Origin: an uncultured Candidatus Saccharibacteria bacterium
Lineage (GTDB): Bacteria > Patescibacteriota > Saccharimonadia > Saccharimonadales > CAIOMD01
Assembly: GCA_903859365.1 (NCBI GenBank)
Contig: CAIOMD010000007.1
Location: 477 to 64,476, forward strand
Reading direction: 5' to 3'
DNA length: 64,000 nucleotides
Shown here: positions 18,204 to 27,611 of the stretch, piece by piece
Position numbering within the stretch: position 1 is the stretch's first letter
Layout of the letters: each line of letters begins with the position of its first letter
Program-made: the position numbers and the translations under genes
The notes under the pieces: generated by a model
What the model saw: the letters and a program-made list of their open reading frames with translations, nothing else
Told to the model about the DNA's origin: nothing
The model's database searches: none

Positions 18204-18938
18204 ATGAGTTCAGTAAATGATTGGTTAGCACTCGGTACAGTCGGAATGACTGCAGGAAGTGTTATCCTTGCTTTAATTGGCGTAACCATGCGTAAAGAAG
18301 ATCGACACCATGTCTATCTTGCAATGGCGATTACCCTTATAGCAGCAACAGCATATTATGCAATGCTAAATAATGTAGGAGATATTATGGTGGGCGGAGT
18401 AACAGTGCAGTTAGCTCGTTATGTCGACTGGGTTGTAACAACACCACTTCTACTTATAAGCTTAATTTCTATTGCATTGCCTTCGGGTAAATCAAAAAAT
18501 AAAATGAGCTTGATTTGGGCAGTGGTTGGACTTGATGTATACATGATTATCACTGGTGTGATCGCATCACTCGTTAATAACGACACTCGCTGGTACTGGT
18601 ACGCATTTAGCTGCGTAGCACTGCTTGGTGTTGTTTACATGCTGTATGGAACTATCATGAATGAATCCAAAAAGGTTGCTGGTAAGAAAATATCACAGCT
18701 CTATACGTATGTAGCGCTTTACCTATCAGTCCTCTGGGCTGCTTACCCAGTTGTATGGTATCTATCAGGCGTTGGTGTAAATAAAATTAGTTTTGCATCT
18801 GAAAACTATGCCTATGCTGTTCTTGATTTACTCGCAAAGGTTGGGTTTGGAATAGTGGTACTTGTATCAGTAAGCCGACTAGCCGCGTCTGCTAAGCCAA
18901 AAGCTGGCGAAAGCACTGTTGAAGCAGCGTCAAAGTAA
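18204..18938 (+). CDS. type-1 microbial rhodopsin (D-T-S motif; probable light-driven proton pump)
   Basis: Helix C reads RYVDWVVTTPLLLISL, giving D75/T79/S86 at bacteriorhodopsin positions 85/89/96. WAAYPVVW is present, and helix G DLLAKVGFG carries the Schiff-base Lys212. There are seven hydrophobic helices and a strong AAGGAG SD. Confidence 0.9.
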   Translation: MSSVNDWLALGTVGMTAGSVILALIGVTMRKEDRHHVYLAMAITLIAATAYYAMLNNVGDIMVGGVTVQLARYVDWVVTTPLLLISLISIALPSGKSKNKMSLIWAVVGLDVYMIITGVIASLVNNDTRWYWYAFSCVALLGVVYMLYGTIMNESKKVAGKKISQLYTYVALYLSVLWAAYPVVWYLSGVGVNKISFASENYAYAVLDLLAKVGFGIVVLVSVSRLAASAKPKAGESTVEAASK

Positions 18939-18964
18939 TTTAAATAATTAATTTTAGGTACAAA

Positions 18965-18995
18965 AAGGAGCCCAGATGAGGGCTCCTTACTTTTT
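18965..18995 (+). terminator. intrinsic terminator after the rhodopsin gene
   Basis: A 9-bp stem (AAGGAGCCC/GGGCTCCTT) with a 6-nt loop is followed by ACTTTTT. Confidence 0.6.
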
Positions 18996-19028
18996 GGGTT
19001 ATACTAGAACTATATAGATTGGATAAAA

Positions 19029-19913
19029 ATGAAAATAGCAATTATTGGGGCAAGTGGGTATATCGGGTCTAATCTAATCAAACGATTATTGATCGATAAC
19101 TCAAGGGATAAGATTGTAGCAGTATCAACACATGCAACGGGCATGGCTCTTGAAGACGACAGGTTAGAAAAAGTTGATTGCGATATTTTAACAAGTACAG
19201 ATATTCAAAAAATACTCCAGGGGTGTGATGTCGTTTATTATTTAATTCATATGATGGCACAAAATAAGATGGATTTCGTCAAAGCTGAAGCAATAGCTGC
19301 GCGCCATTTTGTACAAGCAGCGAATGCGGCGCAAGTAAAAAGAATTATCTATCTAGGAGGACTCGGAAACGATCAAGATCATTTATCTCGACATTTAGCG
19401 AGTCGTCACCACACAGGGGAAATCTTACGTTCAGGCAGTGCACAGGTTATTGAATTTAGAGCTTCAATGGTAATAGGGGATGGAAGTATTTCTTATGACA
19501 TCATCAAAAGACTCGTGCATAAACTGCCAATCTTGACGATTCCCAAATGGTCTAAGACTATGACGCAGCCCATTGGACTTTCTGATACCTTAGACTATCT
19601 ACTAGCCGCGAAAAGTGTGCCACTAGATCATTCTGAAATTGTCGAAATTGGTGGGCCAGAGCAAATGAGCTATCGTAATTTAATGGAACGGTATGCGAAA
19701 TGGGAACACAAAAAGGCAGTATTTATCTATTTGCCTATTATTCCAGTTGGCATTTCTGCCTGGTGGCTTAATTTATTTACTCCGAAAAAACATGCCAAGG
19801 TAGGGAGGGTTATGGTTGAGTCTCTTGTTAATCCAATGGTCGTAACCACAAAAAGAGCAACCGAGCTTTTTCCACAGATAAAGCCCAAGTTGCTCGAAGA
19901 TGTTTTTGTATAA
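19029..19913 (+). CDS. NAD(P)-binding atypical SDR / NmrA-like oxidoreductase
   Basis: The N-terminus is a Rossmann motif, MKIAIIGASGYIGSNL. At 294 aa the length is typical of epimerase/NmrA-like proteins. Confidence 0.75.
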   Translation: MKIAIIGASGYIGSNLIKRLLIDNSRDKIVAVSTHATGMALEDDRLEKVDCDILTSTDIQKILQGCDVVYYLIHMMAQNKMDFVKAEAIAARHFVQAANAAQVKRIIYLGGLGNDQDHLSRHLASRHHTGEILRSGSAQVIEFRASMVIGDGSISYDIIKRLVHKLPILTIPKWSKTMTQPIGLSDTLDYLLAAKSVPLDHSEIVEIGGPEQMSYRNLMERYAKWEHKKAVFIYLPIIPVGISAWWLNLFTPKKHAKVGRVMVESLVNPMVVTTKRATELFPQIKPKLLEDVFV

Positions 19914-19921
19914 GAGGATTG

Positions 19922-21151
19922 TTACTTACTTACAAAAGTAAGTGCATAGCCAACTCGCCCAGCACGACCAGCACGACCGATGCGGTGTGTGTAGTCATCA
20001 TACGTGTTTGGAGTCGAGTAATTAATTACGTGCGTAATATCGGCAACGTCAATTCCACGCGCCGCAACATCAGTCGCAACAAGGAAATTAATTTCATTGC
20101 TTTTGAAGCGTCGTAACGCTTTCGCTCGTTGTCCTTGTGATTTATCACCATGAAGTGCGTCAACTTTGAAGCCACGGCTTTGTAATTCCATGCCAAGTTT
20201 TTCAACTCCGCGCTTGGTTTCATCAAAGATAATCGCTTTTTCAACGCCAGCTGTTATAAGCACGTCGTGTAATTTGTCTAATTTTTCGGATGAGTGACCA
20301 TAGAAGACAACGTCTTGGTGAACATTATCACTGTTTTCACTAGTTCGAACAGAGATTGTCACTGGGTTTCTTAAAAAAGAACCAATAAGTTGTTGAATCT
20401 TAGGATCAAGCGTTGCAGAGAAGAACAGACATTGTCTCTCTTCATTTGTTTCCGCAAGAATGAAACGAATATCGTTAATGAATCCCATATCGAGCATTCG
20501 ATCGACTTCATCAAGAACGACGATACTAAATTGAGCAAGATTTAATGAACCACGTTCAACGTGATCTTTGATTCGGCCAGGCGTACCAATGACAACATTT
20601 GGACGATCTCTAAGATCTCGAAGTTGCGGGCCCATAGCTGCTCCACCAATAAGGAGGGCGCCGCTGAGTCCACTGGTTTTTGCAAATGAGCGACATTCTT
20701 GTTCAATCTGCTCAGCAAGTTCCCGTGTTGGTGCTATTACAATCGCTCTTTTAGACTTGTCGTTTAGCATGGTGTTGAGCATAGGGAGGGCAAAAGCAGC
20801 TGTTTTACCAGTACCTGTATTTGCAATGCCAACTATGTCTTTACCTTCAAGAGCAGGAGGAATCGCTTGATCCTGAATTGAAGAAGGGGTAACGTAGCCT
20901 TTTTCATCGATGTTCTTCTTCAAAAGTGCATGAAGATTGAAATCGCTAAAAGTGTGTGTTGGAACATACTGTTCAGCTTCTACGGGCTTAGCTGCTTTAA
21001 TAAATTTTGAATGGTGAATGTTTTGCTTTAAACCTTTTCGACTATTTGAGCGTCCACCACCATATCGTGTGCCACCAAATGATGCTGATCCGCCAGATGA
21101 GCGAGATGAGCCACTTCGTGGTCTTGAAAAACGTGAGTTATTTGAATACAT
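19922..21151 (-). CDS. DEAD-box ATP-dependent RNA helicase (DEVD variant) with RG/S-rich N-terminal tail
   Basis: It has a Q-motif region, Walker A (ANTGTGKTAAF), motif II (VLDEVD), SAT, and motif VI (HRIGRAGRAG). The ORF-track start is TTG 21199. ATG 21151 is preferred, tentatively. Confidence 0.9.
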   Translation of the reverse strand: MYSNNSRFSRPRSGSSRSSGGSASFGGTRYGGGRSNSRKGLKQNIHHSKFIKAAKPVEAEQYVPTHTFSDFNLHALLKKNIDEKGYVTPSSIQDQAIPPALEGKDIVGIANTGTGKTAAFALPMLNTMLNDKSKRAIVIAPTRELAEQIEQECRSFAKTSGLSGALLIGGAAMGPQLRDLRDRPNVVIGTPGRIKDHVERGSLNLAQFSIVVLDEVDRMLDMGFINDIRFILAETNEERQCLFFSATLDPKIQQLIGSFLRNPVTISVRTSENSDNVHQDVVFYGHSSEKLDKLHDVLITAGVEKAIIFDETKRGVEKLGMELQSRGFKVDALHGDKSQGQRAKALRRFKSNEINFLVATDVAARGIDVADITHVINYSTPNTYDDYTHRIGRAGRAGRVGYALTFVSK

Positions 21152-21341
21152 AAAAAAAGAATCCTTTTTGTAGTTAGTTTGATACTTGATTGCAGTCAAT
21201 GAAATCGAGTACCAAGCGACCTAACCCGGATTCATTAGAAACAATTAACTAAATAGTAGCATAATTATGAGAATTGGTCAAGCATATAAAGTATTGAAAT
21301 AAGCATTAGAATGTTACAATTTTATTGAGATTTTAAATACT

Positions 21342-22721
21342 ATGATGAAACAATCCAGAACAAGAAAAACGATAAACCAGACCGAGAAACGTATTGTTAA
21401 GACTGAGAAAAAAGCACGTATTCTTACCAAAAGCTATTTTAATTACAAACGCTTTAATCGTTTCTTGAGAATATTAGGCCCCGGAGTAGTAACTGGGGCA
21501 GCTGATGACGATCCATCTGGCATTGCCACTTATTCACAGGCGGGCGCCATGTATGGCTTTGGTCTTCTATGGGCAATGCCATTCATGTTTCCACTTCTTC
21601 TTGCAGTACAGGAATCTTGTTCTCGGATAGGTGCCGTCACCGGAAAAGGACTCGCTGCAGTTATTCGTGATAATTACAGTCGTAAACTGCTTCTAGGATC
21701 AGTTTTGATTGTTTTTGTTGCAAATACCATTAATATTGGCGCAGATCTCGGCGCTATGGCAGCGACGATGCAACTCTTTTTCCATATTAATTTTGCGGTG
21801 CTCACAATTGCTTTTGCTGCACTAATACTTTTACTCGAAATTTTTGTTAAGTACAGAACATATACCAAAATTTTGAAATGGCTTGCCCTCATGCTGCTTG
21901 CATATCCTTTGACGGCAATTTTAGTTGGGCAAAATTGGGCTCAAGTGTTTCACGCCACTGTCCATCCGAATCTTCATCTTAATAAAGATATGTTGTATAT
22001 ATTGGTGGGAATTCTTGGCACTACAATTTCTCCTTATCTTTTTTTCTGGGATACATCTGAGATTGTTGAGGATGAGAAAATCACTCACCGGCTTGGCGAA
22101 AAAGGTCTTAATGAACCGAAGCTCACTAAACATTTTCTTAGAAGTGTCAGAGTTGATAATTTTACCGGGATGCTAATAGCTACACTTGGAGCTTGGTTTA
22201 TAGTTTTAACGTGCGCATCGGTACTTAATTTTCATGGAGTAACTCAGATTAACTCAGCAGCAGACGCTGCAAATGCCCTGCAACCGCTTGTTAAAAATTT
22301 TCCTCATTCTGGACTTATAGCTAAAATTATATTTTCAACCGGAATCATTGGGCTCGGACTTTTAGCGGTACCAGTTCTAGCGGGCTCGTCCGGATATGCG
22401 CTCAGTGAAACATTTCGAATGAATGAAGGTTTGCATAAGAAATACAAGAAAGCCAAAGGCTTTTACGTTTTTATTATTATCGCAACATTAGCTGGACTTG
22501 GTATTAATTTTATTGGAATCAATCCCATTAAAGCGCTAGTTTTTGCAGCAGTATTTAATGGAGTTGCCGCAGTACCGCTACTGTTTCTTATTGCACGAGT
22601 CGGTAATAACCCGGATATAATGGGGGAACATAAGAACGGAGTCCTTTCCAATATTTTTGTTATGCTCGCTTTTCTTGTAATGCTCGCGGCAGTTGCATAT
22701 ATGCTAATCACTTTATTTTAA
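21342..22721 (+). CDS. NRAMP-family divalent metal cation transporter
   Basis: It shows the GPGVVTGAADDDPSGIATYSQAGA signature and about 11 TM helices. Confidence 0.85.
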   Translation: MMKQSRTRKTINQTEKRIVKTEKKARILTKSYFNYKRFNRFLRILGPGVVTGAADDDPSGIATYSQAGAMYGFGLLWAMPFMFPLLLAVQESCSRIGAVTGKGLAAVIRDNYSRKLLLGSVLIVFVANTINIGADLGAMAATMQLFFHINFAVLTIAFAALILLLEIFVKYRTYTKILKWLALMLLAYPLTAILVGQNWAQVFHATVHPNLHLNKDMLYILVGILGTTISPYLFFWDTSEIVEDEKITHRLGEKGLNEPKLTKHFLRSVRVDNFTGMLIATLGAWFIVLTCASVLNFHGVTQINSAADAANALQPLVKNFPHSGLIAKIIFSTGIIGLGLLAVPVLAGSSGYALSETFRMNEGLHKKYKKAKGFYVFIIIATLAGLGINFIGINPIKALVFAAVFNGVAAVPLLFLIARVGNNPDIMGEHKNGVLSNIFVMLAFLVMLAAVAYMLITLF

Positions 22722-22817
22722 AATTCGTTGTCGTGTGAAAAATCGTAACTCAGAATTTGTTTTTTGTAATCACTTAACTTTTTAAAAATGCTCTGTTTAC
22801 TGTATTATTAAGAGTAA

Positions 22818-24659
22818 ATGTTTGGCAAAGAATTCATAAAAAGATATAAGACCCTCAGTGCTGTTGTAGTAATCCTTGCACTTGGGCTTATTCTTTACGC
22901 CGTTAAACTTCGAACGATTGCTGACATAGCGTTTACTTGTATGGGTATTTACGTTGTTGTTCCTATGGCAAAGGAGATGCTCGCATCAATCAAGGAAAAA
23001 GAATATGGTCTTGATCTTTTGGCGCTTACGGCAATAGTTGCCTCACTTTTGATGGGTGAGTTTTTAGCGGCCATAGTTGTTGTTCTGATGATTACTGGTG
23101 GTGAAGCGCTGGAAGATTTTGCACAAGAAAAAGCAAAAAAAGAATTGAATGAACTACTCAAGCGTGCACCAAAAGTAGCGCACAAAAAAGTAGGATCAAC
23201 GTTTAAAACTGTTGCAGTCGACGTAATTAAAAAAAATGATATATTACTGGTCAAGCCGGGCGAAGTAATTCCAGTAGATGCAATTATTGTTAAAGGCGTC
23301 ACATCGCTTGATGAATCTGCGCTTACCGGAGAAAGTCTTCCCGTTGATAAAAAAGTTGGCGATAAGCTACTTAGCGGTGCCATCAACCAACAAGCTTCAA
23401 TTGAAGTACGAGCACTGAATACTTCTCACGACAGTCAATATGAACAGATTATAAAGCTTGTTTCAGAAGCAGCATCAAGTCGATCCCCAATGGTACGTTT
23501 AGCGGATCGCTACAGCGTTCAATTTACTGCTGTTGCTTTTACGCTTTCAGCAATTGCGTGGATAGTGAGCGGCCATCCCTTAAGAGCACTTGAAGTATTA
23601 GTCGTGGCAACGCCATGCCCTTTGCTTATAGCGACACCCGCTGCTATTGTCTCTGGAATGAGTCGGGCAGCCTCACAAGGAATTATCGTCAAGAACGGGG
23701 CAGCACTTGAAGCACTTGCAAAACTTAAAGGTATTGCGTTTGATAAAACCGGTACTCTCACCAAAGGAGTTCCCGAAGTTAATCGCATTATTACTCATGG
23801 CAAAAATGTTACTCAGGAACAAGTACTTGGGTATGCAGCTGCAGTAGAATCACATTCAACTCACTCACTGGCGCGCGCAATTTTGCACGAAGCAAAAATT
23901 AGGAGCTTGAAAGTTGTCGCAGCTGTTAAGGCAAGTGAAACAATTGGAAGTGGTGTTAGAGCTGAAGTTTCGTCTAAAAAAATTCTTGCAGGTAAATTAG
24001 ATTTTCTTAAGGATGCAGGAGTTAAGGTACCGACTAGTAAAGAACTTGGAAAAGCGCTTGAAGAAACGGCACTATTTGTTGCGGTTGATGGGGTGTATAT
24101 TGGTGCAGTCACTTTCTTAGACGTGCTTCGACCTGAAACGATTGGAACTATCAAGCGATTAAAACATGAATTTCAGCTTAAGACCATGATGCTTACGGGA
24201 GATCGAAAAGTTGTTGCGGAACGAATTGCAAAGGAAGTTGGTATTTTAAAAGTTGAAGCAGAATGCCTGCCAGCTGATAAGCTCAATCATCTTGCGTTAT
24301 TTAGAAAGAATTATGCTCCACTTGCATTCGTAGGGGACGGGATTAATGATGCACCTTCTTTATCTGCTGCAGACGTTGGTATTGCTCTTGGAGCAAAAGG
24401 TTCAACTGCCGCAAGCGAAAGTGCCGACGTAGTTATTATGCTGGAAGACTTTTCAAAAGTTGCTGACAGTATCCACATTGGTAAACGAGCGGTAAAGATT
24501 GCGAAACAAAGTATTTTCGTAGGAATTGGACTCAGTATTGGGCTTATGATCTTTTGTGGTATTACAGGAGCAGTTAAGCCCGTCTATGGTGCGCTTTTGC
24601 AGGAACTTGTTGATATTATTGTAATATTGAACGCACTTCGCGCTCATCAAAATAGATAA
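22818..24659 (+). CDS. heavy-metal-translocating P1B-type ATPase (TPCP transmembrane motif, no N-terminal metal-binding domain)
   Basis: It contains DKTGTLT, TGD, GDGINDAP, and the TM motif VVATPCPLLIATP. Confidence 0.9.
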   Translation: MFGKEFIKRYKTLSAVVVILALGLILYAVKLRTIADIAFTCMGIYVVVPMAKEMLASIKEKEYGLDLLALTAIVASLLMGEFLAAIVVVLMITGGEALEDFAQEKAKKELNELLKRAPKVAHKKVGSTFKTVAVDVIKKNDILLVKPGEVIPVDAIIVKGVTSLDESALTGESLPVDKKVGDKLLSGAINQQASIEVRALNTSHDSQYEQIIKLVSEAASSRSPMVRLADRYSVQFTAVAFTLSAIAWIVSGHPLRALEVLVVATPCPLLIATPAAIVSGMSRAASQGIIVKNGAALEALAKLKGIAFDKTGTLTKGVPEVNRIITHGKNVTQEQVLGYAAAVESHSTHSLARAILHEAKIRSLKVVAAVKASETIGSGVRAEVSSKKILAGKLDFLKDAGVKVPTSKELGKALEETALFVAVDGVYIGAVTFLDVLRPETIGTIKRLKHEFQLKTMMLTGDRKVVAERIAKEVGILKVEAECLPADKLNHLALFRKNYAPLAFVGDGINDAPSLSAADVGIALGAKGSTAASESADVVIMLEDFSKVADSIHIGKRAVKIAKQSIFVGIGLSIGLMIFCGITGAVKPVYGALLQELVDIIVILNALRAHQNR

Positions 24660-24660
24660 T

Positions 24661-25872
24661 TTAGCTACGGGTGAATGATGCTTTACAGACCTGGCATTTT
24701 TCTTCTTTTTCTTCAGACGTGAGCCACGTTCTCAAAGCTTTTTTGTAGCCCATAATGTCTGCGTAAGCTATGAGATCGGCCATTGATCTTATAAAAGAGG
24801 CAATAGGCCCGGTAAAAACAAAGTTTCGATATTGAAATACTGCCCATTTTTTTCCGGCTGGTATTGCCGTTGCTGGTACGAGTGGCTTGTAAGGTGGGCG
24901 TCTTTTTGAGCCTCTCAACTGTCTTTTGAGATCCTTAAATACAAATGCGGCATTATCCACTGCAGTTAAGCCAAGACCACTATAGGGGGTGTCGGCATTA
25001 TCTCCGATAACATATACTGCATCGTCAACCATTAGATGCTGATTGACGATAACTTTGCCTCTAGGGTTAAAAGAGAATTGGGCTTCATTTTTTTTATAGA
25101 AGGGATTATTTGTGACACCTGCCGTCCAAATAACAGTTGAGGTAGGTATCTGCGCGCCATTCACTTGAAGATAATCAGGTGTCTGAAGTTCAACTTTTTG
25201 ATTGAGCATTACTTTCACCTTAAGTTTCCGAAGTCGTTGCAATGTTTTTTTAGAAGCTTTCTCGTTACTTATTGGCAATACTCTTTTCTGGGCTTCTATG
25301 AGATTAATTTTTAGTTTGGATGATGGAAGTTTGTGTTTTTTTGCGATTATTTTGATATACGAAGTAAGTGCTGCAGCCAGTTCCACTCCTGTTGGCCCAG
25401 CTCCAATAACGTTATATGATTTATCGAGTGTTTTATCTTCAATCAATTCTCGATGTAAGTGGGCTCTAAAATGATGCAGCTCTGAAGCTGTTTTGATACT
25501 GTATGAATACTGATCAATTCCGGGTATACCGAAATACGAAGTGACCATACCGAGCGCAAGCACGGCGTAGTCATAATGGAATTTCATGCCATCTTTTGTG
25601 CTAATAACTTTCTTGGCTCTGTTGATATGCGTAATTGTTTCTTTAACGAAACTAATATGAGGATTGTCTGAAAGAATTTCGCTTAAAGGAATGATTGCCT
25701 CGTGTTCTTTATTACCAGTAGCAGCTCGGTATAGTGCTGCACTGTAGCGAAATGTTGTTATATCCGAAATGAGTGTTATTTTTAATGTTTCGTGAGGATA
25801 TTTTTTTAATTCACGAACCAGTTTCATCCCCGCCCAACCACTGCCGACAATAATGAGATGTTTTTGTTTCAT
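24661..25872 (-). CDS. type II NADH dehydrogenase-like FAD-dependent pyridine nucleotide-disulfide oxidoreductase
   Basis: Two dinucleotide folds are present (IIVGSGWAGMK and VIGAGPTGVELAAAL) plus VYVIGDNA. ATG 25872 is preferred over TTG 25878. Confidence 0.8.
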   Translation of the reverse strand: MKQKHLIIVGSGWAGMKLVRELKKYPHETLKITLISDITTFRYSAALYRAATGNKEHEAIIPLSEILSDNPHISFVKETITHINRAKKVISTKDGMKFHYDYAVLALGMVTSYFGIPGIDQYSYSIKTASELHHFRAHLHRELIEDKTLDKSYNVIGAGPTGVELAAALTSYIKIIAKKHKLPSSKLKINLIEAQKRVLPISNEKASKKTLQRLRKLKVKVMLNQKVELQTPDYLQVNGAQIPTSTVIWTAGVTNNPFYKKNEAQFSFNPRGKVIVNQHLMVDDAVYVIGDNADTPYSGLGLTAVDNAAFVFKDLKRQLRGSKRRPPYKPLVPATAIPAGKKWAVFQYRNFVFTGPIASFIRSMADLIAYADIMGYKKALRTWLTSEEKEEKCQVCKASFTRS

Positions 25873-25881
25873 ATCCAAATA

Positions 25882-25887
25882 ATTGTA
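25882..25887 (-). promoter_or_regulatory. -10-like box (TACAAT)
   Basis: On the minus strand TACAAT lies 9 nt upstream of ATG 25872. Confidence 0.35.
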
Positions 25888-25938
25888 ACAACAAACTTTA
25901 TATTGCGCTTGTGTTTTTTTCAGGTTACTCTATAGGCA

Positions 25939-27591
25939 ATGGAAAACCTAGAAACACAAATAAAGAATCTTGTTAAAGGCGAGGTTGATACCTCAGAAGC
26001 GACACGAGAATTTTATAGTCATGACGCAAGTATGTTCGAACTAAAGCCTGATGTTGTAGTGTTTCCTAATGATAGTGAAGATATCCAAAAAGTGGTTCGG
26101 TATGTAGCAGACAACAAAAAACAAAATCCTCACTTGTCCATTGTTGCGAGAAGTGCTGGTACCTGTATGTCTGGTGGCACTGTTGGTGAATCAATAATTC
26201 TTGATGTGTCAAAACACATGAATAAATTCTTGAATGGTTCAAAAGATGAAGCAACAGCAGAGCCAGGAATGTATTATAGGGATTTTGAAAAAGCAACGCT
26301 TGAGTATGACGCAATTATGCCAAGTTATCCAGCGTCGCGCGATCTGTGTGCAATCGGTGGTATGGTCGCAAATAATGCCGGAGGAGAAAAATCCCTAGAA
26401 TTCGGCAAGACCGAGAAATTCGTAAAAGTATTACGAGTGATATTTGCTGATGGAAAAGAGTACGAAGTGAAGCCGCTAAACAAAGCTGAACTTGATAAAA
26501 AGATAGCTCAAAATGACTACGAGGGACTTATTTATAAGAAAGTATTTGATCTTGTAGAAAATAATTATGATCAAATCAAGGCTGCTAAACCTCATGTAAG
26601 TAAAGACTCAATGGGGTATCATCTATGGAATATTTGGGATAGGCAAACAGGAATCTTTGATTTAACGCAGGCTATAGTGGGCTCACAGGGAACACTTGGC
26701 CTAGTGACTAAAATAACCTTCCGCTTAGTGCCCGCTCCTAAAAATTCTGGAACACTAGTCATTTTTCTTCGCAAGACTGAGGATCTCGGCAAGCTAATCA
26801 ACAAAGTACTAGAACATAAGCCCGCAACCTTTGAGGGTTTTGATAACTACACGTTGATGCTTAGCTTCAAACTCTTTCCTTATTTTCACAAGACACTGGG
26901 CTGGCTTGGCATGGCAAAACTTGGCATTCAACTAATACCTGACGCGCTTAAACTATTTCGAGGAATACCAAAAATGGTGTTACTAGTAGAATTCAATAGT
27001 CCAACTGCTGAGGAAACGAAGCAAAAAGTAATCCAGCTTCGTAAAGACCTACAAGAGTTCAAACATGAAGCACTGTTTGAAAACGACGAAACTGAGGCCA
27101 AAGCAAAAAAATTCTGGATTATGCGAAGAGAAAGTTTTCAATTACTAAGAAGCAAAGTGAAAGACAAGCATACTGCTCCTTTTATGGATGATATGATAGT
27201 GCCACCAGCGGTCTTACCTGAATTTCTTCCTGAAATTAGGGAAGTTATTAATAAATATAAATTACTTGCTACAATTGCCGGTCATATGGGTGATGGTAAT
27301 TTTCATATTATCCCACTCATGAAAATAGAAGACCCTAAAGAAAAGGCTAAGCTTGAGCCTGCAATGAAAGAGATTACATCTATTGTATTGAAATATGGCG
27401 GTAGTTTGAGTGGTGAGCATAATGACGGCATGATCCGTGGTCCTTGGCTTGAAGCAATGCATGGCCCTGAGACGTTTGCCCATTTTAAGGAGTTAAAACA
27501 CATCTTTGATCCTGAAAATATCTTTAATCCTCATAAAAAAACTGATGCAAATTGGGAATTTAGTATGGCGCATCTTCGGGAACATTTCTAG
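25939..27591 (+). CDS. FAD-linked oxidase (GlcD/D-lactate dehydrogenase-like)
   Basis: The N-terminal region is FAD_binding_4-like (VVFPNDSEDIQKVV...ARSAGTCMSGG). The C-terminal block is GGSLSGEHNDGMIRG. Confidence 0.85.
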   Translation: MENLETQIKNLVKGEVDTSEATREFYSHDASMFELKPDVVVFPNDSEDIQKVVRYVADNKKQNPHLSIVARSAGTCMSGGTVGESIILDVSKHMNKFLNGSKDEATAEPGMYYRDFEKATLEYDAIMPSYPASRDLCAIGGMVANNAGGEKSLEFGKTEKFVKVLRVIFADGKEYEVKPLNKAELDKKIAQNDYEGLIYKKVFDLVENNYDQIKAAKPHVSKDSMGYHLWNIWDRQTGIFDLTQAIVGSQGTLGLVTKITFRLVPAPKNSGTLVIFLRKTEDLGKLINKVLEHKPATFEGFDNYTLMLSFKLFPYFHKTLGWLGMAKLGIQLIPDALKLFRGIPKMVLLVEFNSPTAEETKQKVIQLRKDLQEFKHEALFENDETEAKAKKFWIMRRESFQLLRSKVKDKHTAPFMDDMIVPPAVLPEFLPEIREVINKYKLLATIAGHMGDGNFHIIPLMKIEDPKEKAKLEPAMKEITSIVLKYGGSLSGEHNDGMIRGPWLEAMHGPETFAHFKELKHIFDPENIFNPHKKTDANWEFSMAHLREHF

Positions 27592-27598
27592 AGTTTGC

Positions 27599-27604
27599 TA
27601 TACT
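27599..27604 (+). promoter_or_regulatory. -10-like box (TATACT)
   Basis: TATACT lies 7 nt upstream of ATG 27612. Confidence 0.4.
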
Positions 27605-27611
27605 TATTTTT

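Noticed and set aside
21200-21341. A metal-sensing riboswitch (for example the Mn-responsive yybP-ykoY class) upstream of the NRAMP transporter
   Set aside because: The 140-nt divergent intergenic region is very AT-rich. I could find no paired four-way-junction-like helices or conserved GGAGAGTAG-type core. It more likely holds only two promoters.
22949-23386. Long antisense ORFs in the track. Examples are 22949-23386, 23519-23788 and 23861-24154 opposite the P-type ATPase, 14741-15040 opposite guaB1, 50922-51266 opposite transketolase, 62611-62970 opposite gatB, and 20568-20870 opposite the helicase.
   Set aside because: All lie entirely within strongly supported genes on the other strand. 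They have Ser/Thr/Ala/Pro-rich low-complexity translations typical of shadow frames, and they lack SD or promoter signals.
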